Shown piece after piece: positions 39,194 to 52,521 of a stretch of 64,000 nucleotides of DNA. Location: assembly GCA_026026165.1 (NCBI GenBank), contig JAPEUD010000003.1, forward strand, positions 558,001-622,000, given 5' to 3'. Made by a program: the position numbers and the translations under genes. The notes below the pieces were generated by a model. It was given only the letters and a program-made list of their open reading frames with translations, had not been told where the DNA came from and did no database searches. The stretch is from Sarea resinae. Its lineage: Eukaryota. Positions within the stretch are counted from its first letter, which is position 1. The number at the start of each line of letters is the position of its first letter.

Positions 39194-42100
39194 CTACGAA
39201 CCGCCACTACTGAACGAAACCCCAGCAACACCACCACCGCCACCACCGGTGCCCTCATTAGCTGTACTCAACCGCGCGCACAGCCCCAGCAGCACTACGG
39301 TCTCTGTAGCGGCGTAATAGTTCAGTGCATCGAGCAAGATCTTAAGATGGCGGCTAAAGTTGTCCTCGTATTTTTGGAGGATGTCGACAAGTTTGTCGAG
39401 GCGGGCGGGGTCATAGGCGTGTACTTGTGGGGCAGATGAAGAAGCATTAGATGGTTTCGCGGCGGAGGATGGGACGGTGGTGGAGGAGTTGGTACTGGCG
39501 GCTAGGTCTGGATCGGCCACCATGAGAGTGCGCGAGAGATAGGCTGTGTACGTGGCGAACATGGTGCAGGTGGTCATCACTTTGGAGTGGATCTTTGCGT
39601 TCCGTGGTTAGTCAAAGCGTATTTTTGCCAATGCTCTTAGGTGACACCTGGAGGCAGAGGGAGAAAAGAAGAGTAGCAGAGGGACGACTTACTCGGAGAA
39701 GCTTCGAATTGGTCAGCATGCATTCCTTTAGGCACGTGTCCAAAAAGTCGACATGGTCCTGCATCAGCTCATCAACGGTCCGATTGACCTGTTTTGGCTG
39801 CTGCGGCGCATCCTTGTCATCATTTCCCTTGCCGGTGGTAGTGCCCGTCACCTCCCCTTCTGACAATCGATCCATAAGGCTGCGCCAGTTAGGCTCGATA
39901 ACTTCCGCGGTGGAGAAGTAGAGCAACTGCTGGACGAAGACTAGCATTCTAGCTCTCAGGGTCCAGGCCCTGCGTTTCCATCTTTCGAGTCTTGGATTAG
40001 AGCTCTTGTGCGTCCAGCTGCGCTCTTTGGTATGGTTGAGCCAGCTGTCGGTAAGGAGGGTCTCAAGGTGTCGCAGGGAAAGGAGGTAGCGGAAGAGAAG
40101 TTGGTAACGCAATACTGTTTTGCGGGAGATGACTAAGGAGAGTGGGAATGGCACCGAGTAATCGAGCTCGAGGGCGTCAAATCCAGTGATCTTCTTATCG
40201 TCATCATTTGAAGGTTGAGTGGCCGGAGTTTGATAGCTGTCGAGGCCACCACCAGGGGCGTCCTGATCTATGCCTGACACGCTTACGACGCGCATGAGCC
40301 ACTTGGTCAATCCAACTTCATTCATCTGGACCTTGACGTCCTCCTTGAAAGGATCCTCGGCGGCGACGCTGCCGGGTTGACGGAGCACAAGGTCTAGAAG
40401 AGACTGCAGCTTGCCAGAATTAACACTCTTCGCCGGCTTCTTAAGCTCCGAGGTCCCAAGCTCCAGGAAATAGGAGAAGAAGTCGGAGCGGTCGAGGAAG
40501 AAGTAATGCTTGAGAGAACGAAGACGTGCCGGTAACGCATGCGTAGTCAGAAGCAGGTTCAGCAGAGAAGAGTTTGCGTATGCATAAGCCTCATTGACAT
40601 TGTCGAGGAACCTGTTCCTATTAGGAAAAAGTGCTTGATAGCACGCGGACGCACATACCTAGGATCGTCAAACGTCTTCGGTACATCCTGAACGCCCTTG
40701 CTGACATCAACTCCACCACACTCTCTTACGACATTGAGATACTTTCCAGCCAGCAGGACCTTTTCTCGAGCACCTTCTAGCTGAGGAGGTACGTCATGCT
40801 CCCGGATTGTATATCTCTTCTCCCAGTACTCGTCGGTATAGTCCTCTTCCAATCTCTCTCGTCTGATGCTCTTCTGCTCTTTGACCAGGAATTCGGCATG
40901 CGGGTCCCTGATACTTCCATGATGCAGCCACTCATTCAGCATCTCCATATATGGACGGCTCGCCTCGCGTAGTAAAGTCGTAAGTAGTGTTCTCGCCGCG
41001 GGATCGCCAGACATGGAGACAAGTCTCCTAGTCAACAAGCCCAGGACATTTCCTCCTTTGCATATTTTTTTCCCTGGTATGTTCCCAGGCCCGAGATCTC
41101 CTCCCTCACGTAGGGATTCGAGTATATTCTCAACATCATCGAATTCATCTACCGAATCCTCAAGATCTTCCTCTAATAAAGAGTTCTTCCGTAGTATCTC
41201 GTGGGCAAGGGAATACAACTGGAACAGCATATGATCTGTCGAAAGGGTGTGGAGATGGAGAACATGAAGGGTGAAGGATGGATTCGTAAGAAATTGATGT
41301 TCCAGTTGTGCGATCAAAACCAAGTAGTCCTTGAGCAGTTTCCGGATCGCGGCGCACAAGGCATGATTCACAGCACCAAACTCCTCTCTGCTCTGAACTT
41401 CCACAAAGGCCTCCACTGCTTCATAATGCGTTGCCATCTTGAGCATGGTAGTCGTGAGATCTCGCAGGCTCGGGTCCAGTCCCGGAAGGATCCGAAATTC
41501 TGGACCCGCCAAACGGTCTTTCTCGTTGGATGGATTGTAAGAACTGACAAAACGAATATACTGCCCTTCATAGCCCATAAAGACAAAAAGGAGGTCCTCA
41601 AGGACCGCAGCTTCTTGAGCTTCGAGGGACAATTGATTTAGTGGCCGTGGCTGTAGGCTTTGAGGTGCTTCGGAGGCTAATGGCGGTACAGAGATCCGGG
41701 GAGCCAGTGGGGCAGTAGTGTGCGGTACGAGTGATGCTCGCGGAGTCCATTGAACTAGAAAAATTAGTGGATTGAGACTATGGATGTCTTCAGGTCTAAT
41801 ACTTTGTGGGGGCTCGCTGTCCTTCCTGGTGCTAGCAGAGCTTCTGGCCCCGGTTCTACTCCCGCTCTTTGCCCTCTCGCGTTCTCGTTCCTTCTCCTTT
41901 CTCTCTGCCTGCCTCTCCTCTGTTTCTTTCATTGGACTTCGGGTTTTGACCGTGAGATTCTCCCGCGTGGTAACATGAAGCCTCTCGGTCCTCCTCTCAC
42001 TCTGTCCGGTGCTAGCGGTAGCTTTGTGTGAAGCAGTAGTCTTCCGCCTTGGAGGGGCTCCTGTCTGCGAGGAATGGGCGCTCCATGATGAAGGCCTCTC

Positions 42101-42211
42101 TTGTTCCTCGGCGCGACCTGAGGGTCCTCGTGATCTGGCGGCTGACGGTATTGTTGTGCTGGTCCGCCTTTCGGGGTGTGTCGCGGTCCGGGCGGTGGAT
42201 GAAGACGACAT
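39194..42211 (-). CDS. SPC97: Gamma-tubulin complex component 2 (Spc97/Alp4/GCP2)
   Basis: Introns 41802-41755, about 40658-40612 and about 39692-39593. QEAAVLEDLLFVFMGYEGQYI, YWEKRYTIR, LLAGKYLNVVRECG, LDYSVPFPLSLVISRK..RYQLLFRYL and FLDTCLKECMLTN. Confidence 0.95.
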
Positions 42212-42367
42212 TGCTTAATTCGAGCCGGGGGCGACCTCCATACGCTGGGTATCTGAGCATCCGTCCACACCAATGCCGAGGTGCAATCGTCGAGGCTGCA
42301 AATGCTGATTGATAGACGTCTCTGTAATTAATTCGCGGTGGACCCTGGGCTGGCCCGTAGCCATCGA

Positions 42368-42373
42368 ACGCGT
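42368..42373. promoter_or_regulatory. Possible MCB element (ACGCGT) in the SPC97/PUP2 divergent promoter
   Basis: Exact ACGCGT about 160 bp upstream of the SPC97 ATG; another lies at 19036-19041 upstream of NUP170. A 6-mer also occurs by chance. Confidence 0.3.
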
Positions 42374-42694
42374 CGCATGGCGTATGAGTGTTTAGGTCCC
42401 AAAAGGGCTTAGCGGCGACTGAGGACCTTCCCTAGCTTGAGTACGGTACGCAGCTGGAACTCTTTACGCAGTGCCGACTCAACTTCATAGATGTTGCGTA
42501 GACAATTGCTTGCCTGGCCCGGATCAGCTACACCCTACCACGAACTCGCCCTCCTGTTCTCTCTCCTCCCACAAAGCTTCAAGACCGCGAACGAGTGATT
42601 GTGAAGCTTTAGCTCTTTATTTCGGAAAAGGATCACATCAAAGATATAGCAACTTCCTCCTTACCGCCTCTTGTTTCCTACACAGATATCCATC

Positions 42695-43751
42695 ATGTTT
42701 ATTGCACGGTCAGAATATGGTAAGCTCTTTGAACCCCATTGTCACATCGCAGCAACTGACATTCGTCCATTTCAGATCGTGGCATCAAGTAAGAAGCGTC
42801 GTTGATCCTTCAATGGCCCTCTCTAACCCATACCTCGCAGCACCTTCTCCCCAGAAGGTCGCCTCTTCCAGGTCGAATACTCCCTTGAAGCCATCAAGCT
42901 CGGCTCAACAGCAATAGGCGTATGCAAACCCTCAACAACCGCCATCATCACTAGTTCCGCACTCCCATATATCAGTTCGCCTTTCTAACCATCCTCGCAA
43001 ACCCTAGATTGCAACCGGTGAAGGCGTAATTCTAGGCGTTGAAAAGCGCGTCACCTCCACCCTCCTCGAAACCTCCAGCGTCGAAAAGATCGTCGAGATC
43101 GACCAGCACATCGGCTGCGCCATGTCCGGTCTGCAGGCCGACGCCCGATCCATGATCGAGCATGCCCGCGTCGAGTCCCAAAACCACGCCTTCCACTACA
43201 ACGAGCCGTTGCGCGTCGAGAGCTGCACCCAGGCCATCTGTGACCTGGCGCTGCGGTTTGGCGAGGGAGCTGATGGCGAGGAGAGTATCATGAGTAGACC
43301 ATTCGGAGTGGCGCTTCTGATTGCGGGGTATGATGAGGATGGTCCGAGTTTGTATGTCGCTTTCTCCCCACTCTGTTCGACGACCCCAAAGCAAGATTAT
43401 CACTTGCATCTTTAGCCTTCACATCACTGGCCAAGCTGTCAATCAAAACATTACGCTGATATCACCCACCGCAGATATCACGCCGAACCCTCAGGAACCT
43501 TTTACCGCTACGACGCCAAAGCAATTGGCAGCGGCTCGGAAGGCGCACAAGCCGAACTGCAAAACGAATTCCACAAATCGCTGACGCTCGTCGAGGCCGA
43601 GACGCTAGCGCTGAAGACGCTGAAGCAGGTGATGGAGGAGAAGTTGGACGCCAAGAACGTGCAGCTGGCAAGCGTGACAAAGGACAGGGGGTTCAGGATC
43701 TATGACGATAAGGAGATGGCGGATTGTGTGGGGAGGCTGCCTACGAATTAG
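42695..43751 (+). CDS. PUP2: 20S proteasome alpha-5 subunit
   Basis: Five exons including a 13-nt micro-exon at 42776-42788. [48 protein letters not shown] and [16 protein letters not shown]. Confidence 0.97.
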
Positions 43752-44040
43752 AGGGAAGGCGGGGCCAGGATAAAGCGTAAAGGATGAGTTGGGTGGGATA
43801 GAGATACTTTGCATGATTTGTACTGGTAGCGAAAGTCTTTATAGGTTTCTATCATCGAGGGGATTGGACGCTGTCCTTTCCTCGACCTACATTCTGCCTC
43901 TGTCATGCTATGCTACGCTATATCGAACCACAACATGAGATTCTCAAATAGGGAGAATCGCCAGCCAGTAAAGTTCAATGCTATCTCGCATCATCTACCT
44001 CTACTACGATCGCTAGTCCCAATCCAAGTCTCAATTCCCT

Positions 44041-45648
44041 CTACCTGATCTTATACACACAAGGTTTAAGCACCTCTCCCTCCTTTTCGTCCACCTCGCC
44101 ATCCGCAACCGCAGCATCGAGGAACCTCATCTTCGGCCTCTTCTTCCACGTGCCCGCGGCCCCCGCAGCAGTCGCATCTGGTCTCTTCTCCGGCACGTTC
44201 TTGCCCCTGATAGGGCTCACGCCTTTGACGAAGCGCAAGCGCACGAACATCTTGTTGGACAGATCGACAGCGTCGTCGCCCTGGGTGATGAAGCCGTGTT
44301 TGCGCAGCACCTCAACAAAGGCGCCGACGTCGGTGGTCTCGGCCGCCGAATCGGCCGCACCAGTACTACCGTCGATGTCGGCTAGAGGGTCGAGATCGGC
44401 CTCATCGCCGGCCTCGTTGTCCTTTTTGTCCTTGCTGCCCTTCTTGGGCTTCTTCTGTCGCTTGCCCACGCTGTGATCCACGACTCTCTTCTCCGAGCCG
44501 GCACCGGCGCCGCGGCCGCCAACTCTCCCGAACCGGCTCTTGATCTCCGCGACCCATAGCTCGCCCTTCCATCGTAGCACGCGCCAGGCCTCGTCGATGA
44601 ACTCGACCCAATTGGTGCCCATGAGCGCCAGGCAGAAGATGGCGAGGTCGACGGTCGAGTCTGCGAGCGGCAGGTGCGATATATCCGCTTTGGTGACGAG
44701 TGGGCTCGGGGACTGCAGGTCGAAGCTGTGGAGGGAGAGGTGGAGTTTCTTTGCCATGGGTGTGAGGACCTGAGCGAGACGGGCGTCACCGCAGCCGAGA
44801 TCTGCGATTGTGCAAGTGGAGGAGGTGCGGGGTAGAGGCTGCAGTTGCTGCTGCTCGGTGCCCTTGCTATTGTTATAGCTTGGTCTTCTCGGATTGATCT
44901 TCCCGCGGGCTTTAATGGTGTTGATGTAGATATCTACGGGGTTCTCGGGCCAGACCTCGACTTGGCGACGAAAACCCTCGTGGTACTCTGTGAACATTTC
45001 TGGGCTTTCGGAGAATAGGTCGAGGGAGTTGGAGGATGGCGTCGTGTAGAGAGTTTCGTTAAGGTGGCGGAATCGGGCTGAGATGAGCTTTTGTCGCATG
45101 GAAGCCTGAAGGGGGGTCAGCTTCGTCGCTGGGTTGGGTGCTGAGGCGGAGAGAGTCTTGGTAGAAGGGCCGGCCTCCGAGGGGGGTGCTGGGGAGTCTC
45201 CTTTGGCTTGGACCAGGGCCTTTTTTTTCTCTTGCTTCTTCAGATTACGACGCTTTGTCTTTTCGGACTGGACTTTCGGAACATCCTCAGTATCAACGTC
45301 GCTCTTTCTCGCGTTGGCCTCGTCCTTCGATACAGCACTCTCGGCGACCTTTTCCTTTTTGTCGTCTTTTTTCTCCCTCTTCCTCCGTTTCTTGTCGTCT
45401 TTCGAGGTACTCGGGGCTTCCCCATCTTCTATTCCAGCAGATGATTTCTCAATATGCTTCTTCCACAGATCACCAAGATTGTCAGCGGTAACGGCAGGAC
45501 CATTGTTCCGCTTGCGCTTCTTCGTGACCTTGGGCACAACTGCATTGGCGCCTGTGAGTTTTGAGGAGTCCGGCGCAGGCTTAGCATTAGGGTCAAGCTG
45601 CCTCGTGAGTGCCGAAGATGACACCGACCAGCCCGGAACAGCAAACAT
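44041..45648 (-). CDS. RRP8: 25S rRNA adenine-N1 methyltransferase
   Basis: Single ORF: MFAVPGW, KLISARFRHLNETLYT, YHEGFRRQVEVWPENPVD, IADLGCGDA, FCLALMGTNW and C-terminal LKPCVYKIR. Confidence 0.96.
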   Translation of the reverse strand: MFAVPGWSVSSSALTRQLDPNAKPAPDSSKLTGANAVVPKVTKKRKRNNGPAVTADNLGDLWKKHIEKSSAGIEDGEAPSTSKDDKKRRKREKKDDKKEKVAESAVSKDEANARKSDVDTEDVPKVQSEKTKRRNLKKQEKKKALVQAKGDSPAPPSEAGPSTKTLSASAPNPATKLTPLQASMRQKLISARFRHLNETLYTTPSSNSLDLFSESPEMFTEYHEGFRRQVEVWPENPVDIYINTIKARGKINPRRPSYNNSKGTEQQQLQPLPRTSSTCTIADLGCGDARLAQVLTPMAKKLHLSLHSFDLQSPSPLVTKADISHLPLADSTVDLAIFCLALMGTNWVEFIDEAWRVLRWKGELWVAEIKSRFGRVGGRGAGAGSEKRVVDHSVGKRQKKPKKGSKDKKDNEAGDEADLDPLADIDGSTGAADSAAETTDVGAFVEVLRKHGFITQGDDAVDLSNKMFVRLRFVKGVSPIRGKNVPEKRPDATAAGAAGTWKKRPKMRFLDAAVADGEVDEKEGEVLKPCVYKIR

Positions 45649-48416
45649 GATGTTGGCTGATTCTGCTTGAATTGGTATCGGTAATCGGGAATTGCTGAAG
45701 AAGAGTTCCTATAGCAGCAGTGTATCACTGAATTCTTGGAAACTTTTGGTGTCGCTCGGTAAGTGCCGCAACCCTCTTGATGGTTCTCCCGTGCCGTACT
45801 CTACGGCACTCGAGGGAGCGCGAATGCCGCGTTTTCCCCGTCCCGCCCATCTTCTCGTCCACGCTGCACTCCCAAACCTCGTCCCCCCCTTTTAATTTCA
45901 ATTCTGGCCCCCATCTATCTCGATCTCTATTAAATTGCTGCTCGAATACATTTAGCAAGGTACAGCCCTTGGCCGTGTTGCATGTTGCCGGCTGCGTCGA
46001 GGACCTGCAAACTATGGCGAGCAAATCATCGCAAAATTAATGTGAGGATATGATTCAAAACAATTGCAAGATTACAATATCGATCAGGTGGCGTCTTAAC
46101 AATACGCTTTCCATTTCGGCCGCGGCCGCTCACCGAGCCAGTGCCGAAATGCATGGAGCTGTATTCGATAGCGGCAGATTTAGAAGCTGAGGGTAGAGAC
46201 GTCTTGCCCCTGTCAAAGCAGCCGACATCATGAAGCATGGTCCAATGAGGTATGTGGTGGCACAGAGCACATGGCTTGCTATGCTCTCAGAAAGGCCAGG
46301 TAGAAGCGCCACGTCTTCTTTTCCGCTGGGCAGCTCAAGATGTCCAGTGGACCAGTGCAGAAGCTAAAAGGGTGCCTGGTCCAATGTTGCAAGCCACTAG
46401 GACCGCAGGGAGAGGATTCGGCGCCAGCACGCGTGGACCTTGGTCGGATCGAGCGTTTCGATGAGCTCCAGCCATCTCATCGGATGCGGGACATGGGTAC
46501 TGTATCACTCCTATGGTAGCATGTCGATGGCATAGCGTGGCAGGCATCTGAATCCTCGATGCGCCCTGCAAACATGTCTGGAATGGCGTCTGTGAGTCCC
46601 ATGACATGCATGGACGGCAAAGGAAATGCTATGTGCTATGTGCTATGTGCCCCTTCTTTCTCTCCCACTGAGATGATCAGCGACTTGGCGGGCGGGTGTG
46701 AGATGTGAGAAGCACGAAGTGTGGAGAGTGCGTGGAGTGTGTGCACAGTGCTCTGTACCACGATACATACTTCGGAGTACAGCGTAGAGATGTCTTTTCC
46801 TAGAGTATGACAATTGCAGATGCAAGGCTGCTGGGAAGGTAGGCAAAGATCAATCCTTGTGAAAACATGGGGCGGACAAGGATAGAAGCCGCGAGCCGTA
46901 ACTCTATCGATTCCCGGTTGCTGTTGCGGTTGCTGTTGCTGTTGGGTCGTTAGGTAAAGTAGAATCCGGAGCCAACCACAGCACAAACAGATCCAGATCA
47001 GCATTCTCCTCTATCGTCCATCCCCTCTCCCTTTCACCTTCTCCTGCCCGTCTTTGTGGCCTTCGTTGTGCCGCCCTCTGCCACATGGGGATCTTTCAGC
47101 GATATTGAATGTGTTACGGGCGTACCGTACCGTAGACTACCTTGGGCAGGAATACTCTCAATGCTTAGAGTACCTATGCTGAAGGTGTGCTTAACCGTTG
47201 CCTACCTACCGTGTACAATGCAAGCCATATTAAGGGGCAGGCGGTCTATGGAAGATCGGGCGAGGCCGAGAACGCACGTCAAGGATCGACCGCTCGCCCA
47301 ATATAGACAGAGTCTACAGACTCCACAGACTCCACAGACTCCACAGACATTGATCCAACCTTCGGTGCGGGGAGATTGACCTGCGCAGGACGTGAAGGAC
47401 GCTTCCATTACCATTTAACACCTGGTGGACTGTCCTACTGCTCGGTCTGTTCCCCTGCTGTTCTTCCTTCTCGGCACGGAATGCGGTAAGATCGGAGGGA
47501 TTGCTCTCCATGGCCTCCCGGGACCAGGACGCCTTGGATGTGAAATCGTGCAGTGCTCGGTGCTAGGGTGCAGCGATCCATCGTGACCTGGATCTTAGCC
47601 CTAAAGGAGGGTAGGGGGTCTGCCTCTCCGTCCGCCTACCTCTAGTGCAGTTCCCTCGCAGTCCCCCGGTCGAAATCTCGAGGACTGTCGGTTATCAGGA
47701 AACGGATGCTCACTGAATCTACGATGGAGCACAGAGTACGATCATGGAAAGCCCCCAGAATACACGCAAATCGCCGATTGCTGATCACCGCGCGGGTCTC
47801 CCCATCCACTCCTTTCCACACGTAAAATAAAGTATACTCTCCAGTATCCCGAACAATCGATTTCTTAGGACGTTGTTATTTGATTGTGATCTCCTATCCT
47901 ACCATTCGCATGAAGCTTTTGGAACGGATCTTATTGGCCGAGACGAGCACCTAAATCTCTAGGGCAAGATAGCCTATCTGTGCCGTGCATTTCTTACTTG
48001 CACCGTCCGAGCTTGCGTTCGACAAGCTTCACGCTGGCGGAAGCTATCCTTAGATCAAAAGACAGCCTCGGGCAATTCAGCACTTCGTTCAGCTCCCCAC
48101 TGCGGGGCATCCAGGCATCGTCCACCACAAAGCATCCGCACAGCTCCTTGTTATCGCACGGCTGGAACATCTACGATGTGATGACTTACGCAAATCTGTC
48201 TTGATCTGCTATATCGGCTAGCTCTGGGGAAACCGACTCAGTAAACACAAAAGCCCAGTCCAATGCCACAACGTCGTTTCAAGATGCTTTGGTTTACTTG
48301 CTCTTATATCGGCATCTGAAGGGTTCGCCCATATCGATCAATCAGCTTTCTTTCCAGGTTCTTACCCGCCCACCACATACCCGCTTTGAGTCACGTCTAT
48401 ATAGAGTGAACCCTCA

Positions 48417-51400
48417 ATGGTCGATGACGAGGAGGTACAGCATCCGCAGGGAGGGTCCCAAGCGGGTGCTCCAGAGGCTCCAGTGGAATCTACCAACAGG
48501 ACCGACTCAAAGAACCTGAAATCCTCTCGAAAGAGAACGAAGACGGGCTGTCTAAGTAAGTCAAAATTTTTGGAACAATGGTTTCGGCGCTGACTTCCGA
48601 AAGCATGCCGCAAGCGACGGATCAAATGCGGGGAAGAAAAACCAATCTGCAACAATTGTGTCAAATCTAAACGGAACTGTGAAGGCTACAGTCAACGCGT
48701 AATCTTCAAAGATCCGCTTAATGCTGCAAGTTCTTTTCGATTCAATAGGGTTGCCCCTCCCAACGGAGCTCTACTCAGCTTCAGTCATGGCGTTACCTCA
48801 AACTCGGACATCAATTCGACGTCGCTACCAGCGATTGCTCCTAGGCCATTGGATCAGAATGATTATCCCAGTACGGATCCTGCCTTCTTGGCTATGGGAT
48901 CTGGCATAGAAGAAACACTGTCCCATCACCAACCCGGGCTACTCCCAGGCCCTCAACCGGGTAATCCCGACCCTATACCTGGTCCTTGGGAACGGGGATT
49001 TGGATCATCTTTTCAACAACAAACTGCCCCGGCAACTTCCCCTCCAGCTGCCAGTGGACGTGGCATGCTATCCAGGGGGGAGACCGGATGGCAATACCCA
49101 GGACAAGCACCTGAGGTTCAACGAAACCATCAGCAAGCTTCCGAAACCTGGCAGCAGCATCTTCAACACGTCAATGCCCATGTGCAAAGGTCGTACGGAA
49201 ACATACCTGACGATGTCTATCGTCTCCCTCAACAGCAGCCAATTAGTGGTACCACAGATGAAGGGGATACATTTCAATTTCCAGATCAGTTCAACGACTC
49301 CCGTCTCTATTTACCAGAGGCTCCAATCCAACAACAAGCGACTTTCCGGGAAGAATGGCCATCTTTTTCTGACCAGCAGTATCCTACTAATTACTTAGGA
49401 GGCCAGAATTGCCTTGAGGCTGCGCTGAACGAACAGAACAATCTTGGCCGACCTGCGCATACCAGCGAGGAGACAAGCGGAGAGATAGGTGGTGAGTTTA
49501 AAGTGTGCCCTGCCTGTACTATCTCGGAAGATGCGATCTAGCATCTGCTCAAAAGCGATACCGACAAGGTGGACCAAGCTGACTCTAGGCAGAAGACGTT
49601 GCTCGAGATCCTCGCTTTAACCAAACATCTCGTTGGGATGACTACGAAGGACTTGGTCAGGATGCCGATATTCTGGGCCAAGATGACGACTACTGGGATG
49701 TCGAAAGTGATGATGGTATGCCAGAGGAGCCAGCTCAGGGGCACAACCGTCCGGATATGGGTGTGTCTAGCCTTGGATTATTACGTGCGCTGCAGGCATC
49801 TCAAGATGACTCCCGGATGCGAAGCTTTACATCTTTCCTGAATGAGCCTAACATGCTAAGAACCTACCGGCCAAAGGCAATGGCTTCACCCCTTATGGAC
49901 GCAAAGACTGCTCGACTCTTCTGCCATTTTATCACAGCTACTGGGCCGAGCATATCCATGTACGAACGAAATCCAACCAATCCCTCGGCTATGTTAACGG
50001 GTATAGCTCTGCCAATCTCTCAGCAGAGCTTATGGACCCATATCTTGCCGTCGATGGCTCTAAACCATCAGGGACTACTTCATGCAATGCTTGCCATAGC
50101 CAGTTTGCATATTGCAAAGTTGCAAAATTCTTCCACAACTCCTTCTCTGAAACACTACCATTATGCTCTCCGAAGAATAGGTAGATGTGTTGTTTCATCG
50201 AGACGTCACGAATCCGCTACCCTTGCTGCCACGTTAATTTTGGGATTCTATGAAGTTATGACAGCTGAGCATGCTAAATGGAACAGCCATCTTGCAGGAG
50301 CCATGCAGCTAATGATGGAGATCGACTTTGCCGGCATGACAAAGCGCATAAGAGCCTCGAAGGGTCACGCAGGGTATTTGAAGATGGATCGGTCAGACGC
50401 AGGTGATGGGTCACTCGTTCCCCAGGCCCTTTTCTCTGTTGGTGGCCCGAAAACCCGGCCAAGCAAAGTAATGGAGGTCGACGAAAAGCTTGTTAGTATA
50501 TTCATTGGTAGAAGACTGCGTTACGATATCTATGGTCATGTTATTATCGAGGAAGATCATGAGACTGAGAGTCCACCGCGGACACGTTTAAGTCCCCATG
50601 AATTAGAGGATTTCGATACCAAAACAGATTTGTTCTGGTGGTACTGTAAGCAGGATATGTTTCACAGTATCGTCAGTGGAAATGGCCTCTTGTAAGTTTG
50701 AAGTCCATCAATGAAGGCTTTGCCTAACTGTTGAAGGTTGGACTACGAACGATGGGGCTCCTGCCCACCCAGAGCACCGCTCGGCAGACTAGACGCTATC
50801 TATGGCACGATGGATCACTTATTGCTACTTATGGGAAGAATAGCAGATTTCACTGCGCGAGACCAACGGAGGAAAAGAAAAGTGCTAGACGCAAACGGCG
50901 GGTTTTGGCGCCCACCCGCAGGAATGAGCGTAGGACCTCCTGGAAGAGCACCAGGGCCTCGGGGAAATCAGGAAGGCCCTTCACATTCAAGCGGTCCGAT
51001 ACCGCCTGGTGTGCCTATCCCGCCAATGTATGGCATGGTCCCTGGTATTGGGCCCACAAAGCTACCCTCGGCTTTCGAGTCCGATCCAGCGAGTAAGCGG
51101 CATAAGGATAACAGCCCGACTTTAGATACAGTCGAACTGGGGGCTGCAAACGTTGAAGCAGTAGAAGAATGGAATCAGATCCGAGCGGCCTTTCGAATCT
51201 TCGAAGAGAGCTTAGGACCGGACTTCCAACCGCTCTCCTCGGAATATATGCAGCCGCTCTCCACACCGTTTGGGCCAGCCCTCCAATATCGAACCTATTC
51301 TATCGCCTGCATCCACGCCATATATCTCATGGGCCTCATCATTGCGATCCGCTCTCACCCTGATATGCCCCCCGCTCCCTCCATCGCAGCAGGCATCGCT

Positions 51401-51877
51401 GCCCCTCGCACCGCTGCTCTCGCCAACGACATTGGCCGCATCGCAGCAGGCATTCGGCCAACCCCCCCATCGCAACCACTTTCCCCTTCCCTGGGAGCCG
51501 CCCTTCAAGAATCCAGCCTTCCACTATTCTTCGCAGGCGTTCAATACCAGGACCCCTCACAGCGCCGCTGGCTCATCTCTCGCCTCCTCGATATCTCTCG
51601 CCGCACGGGCTGGCAATCTAGCACTGCCATAGCGAACGGATGCGAGTCTGCTTGGACTGCCATGGCGAAAGCTGGCCGCGGCCCGCCATGGGAACGCAGC
51701 GTTCTCGACCCCAAGAGCGAGGACGAACGCCTCGCTGGGAGAAATCCGCATGAGACGGGTGTCCCACCCAAGGATAATTCCGATCGCAGGTTCGTTACTG
51801 TTCATACGGGTGCGAGGGTGCATTGGGCCATTGGACTCTTGGGCACCGAGGAGGATTTCGCCAATATGACGATTTGA
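48417..51877 (+). CDS. Zn(II)2Cys6 transcription factor with a C-terminal Fungal_trans_2-type domain
   Basis: Introns 48556-48603, 49492-49592, 50692-50736. [63 protein letters not shown] and PLFFAGVQY. Confidence 0.92.
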
Positions 51878-52521
51878 TAGGCTTGGCTTGATTAGATTAA
51901 AGGAGGTTGCATGTGCTTTACGATGAGGATTCCGATGTCAATGTGCACTTGACTGCCTACCTGATTCGATCCAGAATTGATAACTGTATTTTATACACAT
52001 ACAAGAGGAGAGTACAAAAGTCATGAGTAAAGGTAGTACAGTCTAAGATAGCCCTCCATGCTCTACATATATGTAAGGTATCCATGGATTCGTAGATGGG
52101 CGGCCAGCCTGGACATGGACTCGAGGGATGACAGTTCGGAACAAAGATTTTCCAGGGCTGACTCGACCCCCGGGGACCCCAGCGTCACACCCATCGACAA
52201 GCAAGTTCGATTTGCAGATGTGTTCACCTCCGTACTCCCATTGCTTTAGACATTGAATGTTGCAGGAATCTCTCAGGCTCTCCGTACTGTTATATTACCG
52301 TCACCATCATCTCCATGGAATATTAGGAGATCGCCCGTTGCGCCGCCATTGTGTCAAGCCCTCATCCGAGCCCTCGTCTTCGACAAACAAAGCTTCTCGA
52401 AAGCTATCCTTGCGGTTCGTTCGGGGCGCTAGGGTTTCACGCGGTCTGCTTTGAGCTTTCAGTGATTTCAAAGCCGCTGGGCGCTCAGAAAGAACGCGCT
52501 CGTCTTTTCGGTTCAATCCAG

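Noticed and set aside
45700..48400. Short ORFs in the 2.7-kb RRP8/Zn2Cys6 divergent spacer
   Set aside because: No domain, codon bias or consistent splice pattern; a long upstream region is normal for a transcription factor gene.
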